64,000 nucleotides of DNA from Muribaculaceae bacterium (lineage in GTDB: Bacteria; Bacteroidota; Bacteroidia; Bacteroidales; Muribaculaceae). Position numbers and translations under genes: made by a program. The DNA is taken from positions 507 through 64,506 of the forward strand of contig JAFYSL010000024.1 of the NCBI GenBank assembly GCA_017559355.1, given 5' to 3'. Below the pieces are notes generated by a model. It was given only the letters and a program-made list of their open reading frames with translations, was not told where the DNA came from and did no database searches. Of this stretch, positions 17,657 to 25,622 are shown one piece after another; position 1 is the first letter of the stretch; every line of letters begins with the position of its first letter.

Positions 17657-20600
17657 TTATCCACATGGAATAATCACATTGTGGATATTATCAATATACT
17701 TTCCTAGTGGTATCATATATGGAGTGAATAACACCAACTTCTCATCAAATGGTGCCTCATTTACCACAATTTCCTTTGTTATATCACCATTCTCACACAC
17801 ATACTGCACAATGGTATTTAAGAAGTCCTCTTGCTCTGAATTTAGAGCGTTATCAGATAGGAACTCACTAAACTTATTCAATGCTTCTCCCCTATCGACA
17901 CCTATCAATGAACGGATAAATGCCGCTACATTACCACCAAAGAGCATATTTTGAGTATATTTGGCATAATCATCCTTGCTGCCAAGTTCTGTCCATAGAA
18001 TACGTTCCAACTCTTCTATATCCTCAACCGACAACTGCTCAATGTTGTAAATCTTCTTCAATACAGGTAAGTTGCGATTATTTGCGAGGAAGTCAATGAT
18101 ACGCTGCTTGTAAGATACCTTCATTGTAATACCTTCTGTCTCTCCGTCATCAGTAATTACATCTTCAATATCTACAACAAACCACTTACCTTTTTCGCCT
18201 TTGAGGAATTGCATCAACTCTCTAAGGTCTTTACGCACCTTCTCTAACCATTGCAAAGACAAATTCTCCCACGCAACAACCGACAACACTTCTTTCAAGG
18301 TTGCCATCTTAGCCTGTACTTGTGGTAGTGTTGCTTTCTTCTCAACGAGTAGTGTTGCAATATTTTGTACCTGTAATATCTTCTTGTCTGCTTTTACCTC
18401 ATCATTTACACATGCAAGTTCAATGTTTAATATCAACGCATCAAACATCTTAGCAGCAGGTTCCATCGTGTTTTTAGGCAACAATGGAGCAATATCATTC
18501 TTCAAGGTATGTACATCTACCTCTGACAATGACAACCAATTATCTCCCTTTTTGAAATGACTTACTTCCTCCCACTTTGAGCGTACTGAGATATGACTAT
18601 CTGAGAGTGCCATTACCTGTTCTTTTAGTATGCTCTTCAACTCATCGTGAAATGAACGACAATATTCATCTTCTTGATATTTCTGATGCTGCAAATGGAA
18701 TGCTACATCTGCTCTCAATCCAAATATACGCTCTGTAAGAGATATTGTTGATGTTGCTGCTGTACCCTCAGGATTCTTTTCAAAATACTCAAAATTACGG
18801 CACCAATCAAATATGTAAAAGCACTCTTTATTCTTGCCATTGCCAAAAATATCCTCCGACAATCGTGTGCCTCTACCTATCATCTGCATAAACTTGATTT
18901 TGCTCTTCACAATCTTGAAGAAAACAAGATTCAACACATCAGGCACATCAATACCTGTATCAAGCATATCTACCGACACAGCAATCTGTGGATTATTGTC
19001 TCTAACCTCAAACTTATCAATCAAGTCCTGAGAGTAGGTAACATAATTGTCTATCAGAGCGCAAAATTCTGACCCATATTCAGGGTAGAGTTTATGGAAA
19101 CGCTCCACTATCAACTCTGCGTGTCGATGGTTGTATGCAAATATGATACTCTTACCTATACGCTCACCATACTGTACCTTGAGACCATTCTCCATCAAAT
19201 CTTGCAGCACAGCATCAATGGTTGCTTCGTTGAATATATAACTGAATATCTCATTGTTGTTAATATCTCGCACGAATTGGTTTCCGTATGCAACCTCAGG
19301 TTCGGCAGCAATCTGACTATAAGTATCAAGTTCTTTCATTGCCATCTCATACTCCCAAACTGCCTCCATCTGCTTCTTCTCTTCGTCTGAGAGGTTATTG
19401 TACTTGATACCCTCTTTGAGAATCATTGAACCACGCTTAAATCCTCGATAGTTCACCAAATAACCCTCACTTACTGCATCCTCTAACTCATAGGCATAGT
19501 TAGGAACACCCTGTTCCATCTCAAAGATGTCGTATGTACTCTTCTCTACCTCGTTTCTTGGCGTTGCGGTCAATCCAACAAGCATTGCATCGAAGTAATT
19601 GAAAATTGCGCCATACTTACCAAAGACTGAACGGTGTGCCTCATCAATGATTATCAGGTCAAATCGTCCCACTGAGAATGGTTTATCCTCTGTGTCAATG
19701 TAGTTAATCATCGTTTGATAAGTCGAGAATGTGATGCGAGCGTTGAGGTCTTTCTCGCCACTATCACTCAACACACTTGTTGTGGTCGAAGGCAACAACT
19801 TCACAAAATTCTTGTGTGCTTGATTTACAAGTGAAATGCGGTCGGCAAGGAACAATACATTCTTTACCCAACCATTGCGCATCAACACATCTACGAGTGA
19901 TATTGATACTCGTGTCTTTCCTGTACCCGTTGCCATCACAAGCAATCCCTTGCGATGTTTATTGTTGAGGTGTTCACACACTGCTTTGATTGCCATCTTC
20001 TGATATGCTCGGTCGGTGATATGGTCTTTGACAGAGAAGTCTGAAATATCCTTTCTACTTCTCTGCTGAATCATCAATTCCAAGTCATTTGCAGTGTGGA
20101 ATCCATATAATCTTCTTGGGGGATAACCCAATCCATCTATGATGTAGGTTTCAAATCCGTTAGTGTAGTATATCACAGGGCGTACACCATACTGTTGCTC
20201 CAAGCAATCGGCATACAGTTCGGCCTGATGCTTACCCTTGATAGGTGATGCAGATGTACGCTTTGCCTCTACCACAGCAAGAGGTTTACCATTACCTCCA
20301 AACAACACATAATCCACATAACCCACTTCGTGAGCATTAGGCATACCTTTTACCTCAACCTCAATACACGCTTTGAGTGGTTCCACTGCACCCTCTGTGG
20401 GGTTGATGTTCCATCCTGCCTCCTTCAACATTAGGTCGATATACATCGTGCGTGTCTCTGCTTCTGAAATGTCACAAGCAATCTCCACCACAGGTTCAGT
20501 AGTATTTAGAATCTTTGTATCTACCTCCTTCAGTGCCTTGTCGGTTGGCAATGTATCCACCTTTGGAGGTACTATTACTGATTTCTGAACAAAATTGGGG

Positions 20601-21010
20601 ATTAAGGTTTTGTCAAATGGTTTTACATCTTCAACTACACGCAATTTGACGAGAATTGCACCCACCACATTGTAGATATTCAGTAGTGAGAAGAATGCTT
20701 CCTTCTTGGATACATTGGCACCATGAGCACCATTATTACCCACTTTGCGCACATAGTGAACTGCCATCATCACCTTATCATCACCGATGAAATCTCGAAA
20801 TGGGTCGCCATCCACCAATTCAAAAAGTGATGTACGCTCCTTTATCTCAATACGCTTCATCTTGTATATCTCTCTAACGATATACTCCAATGCTCTACGA
20901 CCATTGAACGCAGATATTTCAGGATCGCACACCTGATTCTCCTCTGCAGCAGCACAGAATCGGTGCAAGGTGCTAAGTCCCAAATCCTTTATGTAGTCAA
21001 AGTTTCGCAT
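17657..21010 (-). CDS. hsdR: type I restriction endonuclease subunit R with an extra N-terminal DUF4145-like domain and an EcoEI-R-like C-terminus
   Basis: 1117 aa. PD-(D/E)xK region GYVDYVLF...AVVEAKR. Walker A LVMATGTGKT, DEAH box LIIIDEAHRS and motif VI MIGRGTR. About 125 N-terminal residues precede the nuclease domain. Confidence 0.9.
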   Translation of the reverse strand: MRNFDYIKDLGLSTLHRFCAAAEENQVCDPEISAFNGRRALEYIVREIYKMKRIEIKERTSLFELVDGDPFRDFIGDDKVMMAVHYVRKVGNNGAHGANVSKKEAFFSLLNIYNVVGAILVKLRVVEDVKPFDKTLIPNFVQKSVIVPPKVDTLPTDKALKEVDTKILNTTEPVVEIACDISEAETRTMYIDLMLKEAGWNINPTEGAVEPLKACIEVEVKGMPNAHEVGYVDYVLFGGNGKPLAVVEAKRTSASPIKGKHQAELYADCLEQQYGVRPVIYYTNGFETYIIDGLGYPPRRLYGFHTANDLELMIQQRSRKDISDFSVKDHITDRAYQKMAIKAVCEHLNNKHRKGLLVMATGTGKTRVSISLVDVLMRNGWVKNVLFLADRISLVNQAHKNFVKLLPSTTTSVLSDSGEKDLNARITFSTYQTMINYIDTEDKPFSVGRFDLIIIDEAHRSVFGKYGAIFNYFDAMLVGLTATPRNEVEKSTYDIFEMEQGVPNYAYELEDAVSEGYLVNYRGFKRGSMILKEGIKYNNLSDEEKKQMEAVWEYEMAMKELDTYSQIAAEPEVAYGNQFVRDINNNEIFSYIFNEATIDAVLQDLMENGLKVQYGERIGKSIIFAYNHRHAELIVERFHKLYPEYGSEFCALIDNYVTYSQDLIDKFEVRDNNPQIAVSVDMLDTGIDVPDVLNLVFFKIVKSKIKFMQMIGRGTRLSEDIFGNGKNKECFYIFDWCRNFEYFEKNPEGTAATSTISLTERIFGLRADVAFHLQHQKYQEDEYCRSFHDELKSILKEQVMALSDSHISVRSKWEEVSHFKKGDNWLSLSEVDVHTLKNDIAPLLPKNTMEPAAKMFDALILNIELACVNDEVKADKKILQVQNIATLLVEKKATLPQVQAKMATLKEVLSVVAWENLSLQWLEKVRKDLRELMQFLKGEKGKWFVVDIEDVITDDGETEGITMKVSYKQRIIDFLANNRNLPVLKKIYNIEQLSVEDIEELERILWTELGSKDDYAKYTQNMLFGGNVAAFIRSLIGVDRGEALNKFSEFLSDNALNSEQEDFLNTIVQYVCENGDITKEIVVNEAPFDEKLVLFTPYMIPLGKYIDNIHNVIIPCG

Positions 21011-22179
21011 TATTTTTTAATGGGATTATTTTGTTTTATTTTATTAGACAAATTCATTCGTCCTGCAACACTTGCTAATGCACTCATTTCTTGCATTCTT
21101 CGTTGTACCTCGCTAAATCCACCTAATTTATCAATAGATTGCCGAAATTCGTCTAACTGAGGAAATCTCGTATTTCCAAAGGTAGAATATGTTTCGGTTA
21201 ATTTATCTTGTATGCAATCCCAATCTATAGGATAATATAAATTTCTTATTGTTTCTTCAGAAAATATGGTTCTTATAGAATTATATTCGTCCCAATCAGA
21301 ATCAGAAGTCTTAACCTTTGAGATTTCATTAAGCGTTTTCTGACTTACTTTCAATTCCTTATTGCGTTTTGCATAATCCAAGAACCGACCACTATCATAT
21401 ATCAAAATACTTTGTCCTGTATTATCTGAGAACTCTTTTATTAACTCCTTTCGTGGAGAGTGTTTGCCTTCTTTCTTATCCCACCAATCGAGTTTATGGT
21501 CGTCTGTTATAAAGATTACACTTTTCGCCTGCTCTTTACAATGGAGAATTGTTTGTTTCCAAACTATCAAATCTCCATACAAACCTCTTTTCCCATTCTC
21601 TTTCTTATTCTTTTCATCACAATATCCTGGTGGTATTTTATTGGCATATCGTTTTTCACCTTCTTTGTATAATGCTTCCAAATCTTTTTCATCAAAATCA
21701 TTTCCCACACGTCCATCAAGTAGATTTGTAACAGATTGTAAAATTTTATCATCACTTAAATAATCAGGATGCTCTCTCCCTTGCTTCTCTAATGATTTTG
21801 CTATTGATTCTGCACATCTTTTCACCTTCTTCTTTATATCTTTAATACTGATATATGGATGGCGAGCATATTCACCCTCCAAAGAGCTAATAGCTCCTAC
21901 CAAATCTTTTGATAGTTTTTCTGCCAATACACTATACGCTTTGGCATTTTTACGCAGAATCTCTTCTCTGCGCCTATGAAACTCCAATCCCACCTGATAT
22001 GGAATCCACAAACGCTCTTTGTAGAATTTTATGACCTTAATAAATTCTTCACGAGTATCATCGTTATAACGATACAAGTTCAATAATACATTTGTATCAA
22101 ACACAATCAATGAATTATCCCATATCTCATTGATGCGCTCTTCTGTTAATTCGTAGTATTCCGCAAATAGTTTCTTCAT
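21010..22179 (-). CDS. PIN-like domain protein embedded in the type I R-M operon
   Basis: 389 aa. N-terminal LIVFDTNVLLNLYRY (PIN beta1 Asp) and later VIFITDDHKLDWW acidic cluster. The C-terminal ~150 aa has no motif I recognise. Its stop overlaps the hsdR start (TAATG). Confidence 0.6.
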   Translation of the reverse strand: MKKLFAEYYELTEERINEIWDNSLIVFDTNVLLNLYRYNDDTREEFIKVIKFYKERLWIPYQVGLEFHRRREEILRKNAKAYSVLAEKLSKDLVGAISSLEGEYARHPYISIKDIKKKVKRCAESIAKSLEKQGREHPDYLSDDKILQSVTNLLDGRVGNDFDEKDLEALYKEGEKRYANKIPPGYCDEKNKKENGKRGLYGDLIVWKQTILHCKEQAKSVIFITDDHKLDWWDKKEGKHSPRKELIKEFSDNTGQSILIYDSGRFLDYAKRNKELKVSQKTLNEISKVKTSDSDWDEYNSIRTIFSEETIRNLYYPIDWDCIQDKLTETYSTFGNTRFPQLDEFRQSIDKLGGFSEVQRRMQEMSALASVAGRMNLSNKIKQNNPIKK

Positions 22180-22188
22180 ATTGTTGTA

Positions 22189-23319
22189 TTAGTTAAAATA
22201 ATAATCCATTCGTGAGTTAAACAACTCTTCTATTTCCTTGATTGATTGCTTAATCAACTCTTTTTGTTTCTCTATCGCTTCAATCTTATCTGCAAATTCT
22301 TGTTGAAGAGCGAGTGGTGGAAATATTAGCGACATTTCATTGATTATATTAACCGATATGCCAGGTTGTGCGACTCCTTGTGCAAATCGATTAAGATTAT
22401 TGAATCTCAAAGTATAATACATCCACATAGGATTAATATCATCGATAATATTATTGCATACAACAGCGTGTTCTGTTGCATAGAATTCTCCTTGTGCGAA
22501 CACTACATTTCCACATAATGCACCTTGTCTGCCAATAATGGGAAAAGACCCGTTGTGAGATTTTTTATTTATATACCCTCGTATCCCATTACCCCCATAG
22601 CATGGAAATAGTCCTTCATTAGGGATTCCTGAAAGTTCGTTTGCTTTTATTGATTTTCCTGCTTTTAGCACTGCTGCATTTTTTAAGAGAACTTCCTCCC
22701 ATCCCTTTTCATTCGTAATAGGGTCGCCAAACATAGTGTAGAAGATTGACTCAGCAAGGGCATCAAGTTCTTTCAACTGCTGTTTCTTCTTCTCAATCAC
22801 CCCACTCAAACAATCCAACTCCGCCACAATCTTTTCTTGCTCAGCAAGTGGAGGGATAGGCACATCAATAGTTTTAAGATCTGTAACTGATATGCTTGAC
22901 TGATTTACTGCATCCTTTCGTCTATTGGCAATTTGACTTTTGAATTTGTGTGTTTGTGAATAGTGGTAAAAGTAAAATGGACTAATAATTTCGGAAGTCA
23001 CTTTTAGCCTTAATAAATTCATTCCGTGAATAATTGTCTCATCCCCATCTTTTTCGTACACTACTACACGACCAATATATGCTTTACTATTGATGTGTGA
23101 TAACAATAAATCACCTGATTCCATCACATAAGATTGGTAGTTGTCTATGGTCTCAATATCAGCATATCCAAGCCTATCTCTATTAAAAACGCCACCAGAC
23201 AATGTTTCTATACGAGTAATAGGGATTCCTCCTGCACCTCGCTCCTGCTTGATGTTGGCACCATTCTTAATGTATTCAAAACACTCCCCGAGTTTCTTTA
23301 TTTCCCAACCTTGTTTCAT
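22189..23319 (-). CDS. hsdS: type I restriction-modification specificity subunit S
   Basis: 376 aa. Two target-recognition halves separated by the conserved PPLAEQEKIVAELD...LKELD helix and ending PPLALQQEFADKIEAIEKQKE. Confidence 0.85.
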   Translation of the reverse strand: MKQGWEIKKLGECFEYIKNGANIKQERGAGGIPITRIETLSGGVFNRDRLGYADIETIDNYQSYVMESGDLLLSHINSKAYIGRVVVYEKDGDETIIHGMNLLRLKVTSEIISPFYFYHYSQTHKFKSQIANRRKDAVNQSSISVTDLKTIDVPIPPLAEQEKIVAELDCLSGVIEKKKQQLKELDALAESIFYTMFGDPITNEKGWEEVLLKNAAVLKAGKSIKANELSGIPNEGLFPCYGGNGIRGYINKKSHNGSFPIIGRQGALCGNVVFAQGEFYATEHAVVCNNIIDDINPMWMYYTLRFNNLNRFAQGVAQPGISVNIINEMSLIFPPLALQQEFADKIEAIEKQKELIKQSIKEIEELFNSRMDYYFN

Positions 23320-23323
23320 TTCT

Positions 23324-23989
23324 TTAATTTAGATTACAGCGTTCTGCAATTTTGTCTACAAATTTCCGCTTCATAAGTTTTGTTTTACGCTTCATAAAAC
23401 TATTTATTTGTTCGGTTGCTAATGGTTTGTAAAAATCATTTGGAATGATAGATAATAGTGTCTCCATTTGTTTTTTCTCTCCATTCAGCAAACATTCTAC
23501 AGAAAGCGAATCATCAATGGTTACATCTTGATTGTTTTTCTTTTCTATAGATACTATCATGTAGAATAATTTGAGTGTTGTCACCATATATATCAATACA
23601 TTCCTATACTCTTCAAGTGTTGATTTTTCAGATGGGTATTTAAGCTCTAAATCTGCATAATTCTTATTAAACTCATCGAAGAGTTCCGATATTTCTAAGA
23701 TTTCCTTTGAAAAAGGTTCTTTTATAGAATTGCGTTCTGGGATATAATATGTAAACACTCTGAATATAAACAAATCTATTTGAAAATCAACATCCTTTAT
23801 TAGTTTATATAATTTACTATTCACATCATACTCTTGAACCTTTGTTTGGCGTTTTTGTAGTTTTATTTGTACAACCGCAATTACTATTACCGCAACAGTA
23901 CTTATTGCAGACAAAATCACTCCCCACCAAGCAGGGTCAGCTATAAACTCAATAAATTTGTTTAGTAGTATTTCCGTTTCGTAGTCCAT
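23324..23989 (-). CDS. hypothetical single-pass membrane protein embedded in the type I R-M operon
   Basis: 221 aa. One hydrophobic helix WWGVILSAISTVAVIVIAVVQI followed by KLQKRQTK. The rest is charged and helical with no recognisable motif. It ends 4 nt before the hsdS start and is very AT-rich. Confidence 0.5.
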   Translation of the reverse strand: MDYETEILLNKFIEFIADPAWWGVILSAISTVAVIVIAVVQIKLQKRQTKVQEYDVNSKLYKLIKDVDFQIDLFIFRVFTYYIPERNSIKEPFSKEILEISELFDEFNKNYADLELKYPSEKSTLEEYRNVLIYMVTTLKLFYMIVSIEKKNNQDVTIDDSLSVECLLNGEKKQMETLLSIIPNDFYKPLATEQINSFMKRKTKLMKRKFVDKIAERCNLN

Positions 23990-24060
23990 TTTTTACTCTA
24001 TCTGTCCTTCGTGCTCAAAAATTGCGTTTTTTTGAGCATATCTATTAGTCTTCCATTATT

Positions 24061-24088
24061 AATAATCACATAACAGTCACATAAGATT
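24061..24088. repeat. 28-bp direct repeat, copy 1 (AATAATCACATAACAGTCACATAAGATT)
   Basis: Identical to 24150-24177. Contains two TCACATAA units 11 bp apart. Confidence 0.9.
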
Positions 24089-24149
24089 TACATTGCAAAT
24101 GTTCTAATAATCAAAGAAATGTGTATTTTACCTTGCTCCAAATTTGGAT

Positions 24150-24177
24150 AATAATCACATAACAGTCACATAAGATT
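24150..24177. repeat. 28-bp direct repeat, copy 2
   Basis: Identical to 24061-24088. It abuts and overlaps the stop codon of the AlbA_2-like gene. Confidence 0.9.
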
Positions 24178-25621
24178 ATGCCCAATATGGAAGATATCGT
24201 TTATATTTCTTAGATTTATTGTCGGTATCCACCTCTTTAATAACTCCTGCCAATAAAGCGTCTTTAATTAATCTTGATGCCATAGAGTAGTTTTTATCAT
24301 CTATATTAAATCGTTCACGTAATGACTGATTCGACATAAAATCATTTGACACCCATTTTAAGCATGCATGTTGATAAACTGCTCTAATTTTATCATTTCT
24401 ATCCATTTCACGCAGTTGTTTATATGCATATAATATAACCTTAGTATGAACGTCAGAAGAGACGAAATAAGGAGCTGGCAATTGATAAAATTCACATTGA
24501 AAAATAACCTTATCTATTCCACTGCCTTTCTCTTCACATACCTTCATCCTTCGCATTAACGATGCTAACTTCTCATTTCGAGAGCGATATTCATCAATAA
24601 AACGAATAGGATCAATAAGAGGTTTACCAGGGTTGGAAAACTCAATTCTATCGTTATAAATTTCTATCAATGTAGCAGTCCCCGATACGCTAAAATCTTG
24701 ATGAATAATACTATTGGCTACTAATTCACGAATTGCCAATTGAGGATACATTCTAACCTCTTCACGAAGAGAATCACCGATTACTTCATTTCTTGGAAGT
24801 AAATCATTAATAAATTTAACTAATGAAGTAAAACCAACAGCATAACCCTGTGTAAATTCTTCATCTAAAATAGTTTTAATCTTATTGTTTCCAGAATATT
24901 GAACAACTCTAACTATTTTACGTTCCAATGATTTGAAATCGTGAAGATTTTTTGCAAATAAAATTCCTCCAAGATTAGTAATGGAATAACTTCCCTCTTT
25001 TTTTATTACAAGCCCATCTATTATCAATCTCTCAATTACCCCATCTTGATTTGTAGGATATGGTAATCCCAACATGTCAAAATAAGACTGGGTGTCCAAT
25101 AATCTTATTATATCTGCCGAACTACAACCATCAATAGCTGTATATGTCTCAAAGTTATATTTAATATTATTCCAAATTTTTCTCTCTTTACTTGGGAAGT
25201 CGCTTAGTTTTCTCGTAATGCTACCAACTCGTATATATGGAACCTTCTTATAGTCTACAGGTTCATTTTCTGCTGCTGGAATTTCAAACAAAGAAATATC
25301 TTTTCCATCACACTTAAATTCATAAATACGAAAGTCAATGCGTGGAGTTAAGTTTTGAATTAACCAATTTTCTAACTCATTATTCCCAATTTTCTTTTGT
25401 GATGGTTTAAATGTAGTGCCTAATATTTCATGCGATTCATCATCTACCCCAAAAATAAGATATCCATAAGCCCTATTATCGATACAAGCAGAATTGGCAA
25501 TTGCCGAAATCCGTTCTCCGATTTCATCTTCAGTGTGAAAATTATGTTTAAATTCAACCCACTCATTTTCTTTGGGTAAGGCAACTAATTGTTTTAGTAA
25601 AACACACAATCTTTGTTCCAT
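24176..25621 (-). CDS. AlbA_2/Schlafen-like DNA-binding domain plus HATPase_c_4-like domain protein (COG2865-type putative regulator/ATPase)
   Basis: 481 aa. ENEWVEFKHNF near the N-terminus (AlbA_2 E-x-E-F-K signature) and AIRELVANSIIHQDF further on (RecG-C/HATPase_c_4-like). Its start is 1 nt after the hsdM stop. Confidence 0.65.
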   Translation of the reverse strand: MEQRLCVLLKQLVALPKENEWVEFKHNFHTEDEIGERISAIANSACIDNRAYGYLIFGVDDESHEILGTTFKPSQKKIGNNELENWLIQNLTPRIDFRIYEFKCDGKDISLFEIPAAENEPVDYKKVPYIRVGSITRKLSDFPSKERKIWNNIKYNFETYTAIDGCSSADIIRLLDTQSYFDMLGLPYPTNQDGVIERLIIDGLVIKKEGSYSITNLGGILFAKNLHDFKSLERKIVRVVQYSGNNKIKTILDEEFTQGYAVGFTSLVKFINDLLPRNEVIGDSLREEVRMYPQLAIRELVANSIIHQDFSVSGTATLIEIYNDRIEFSNPGKPLIDPIRFIDEYRSRNEKLASLMRRMKVCEEKGSGIDKVIFQCEFYQLPAPYFVSSDVHTKVILYAYKQLREMDRNDKIRAVYQHACLKWVSNDFMSNQSLRERFNIDDKNYSMASRLIKDALLAGVIKEVDTDNKSKKYKRYLPYWA

Positions 25622-25622
25622 A

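Noticed and set aside
22189-23319. Phase-variable hsdS shufflon.
   Set aside because: I see no second hsdS copy or fragment, no inverted TRD repeats and no recombinase in the locus.
24061-24177. Mini CRISPR array (28-bp repeats).
   Set aside because: There are only two copies with a 61-nt spacer. There are no cas genes and the repeat has no palindromic core. It is better explained as a binding-site array or a duplication scar.
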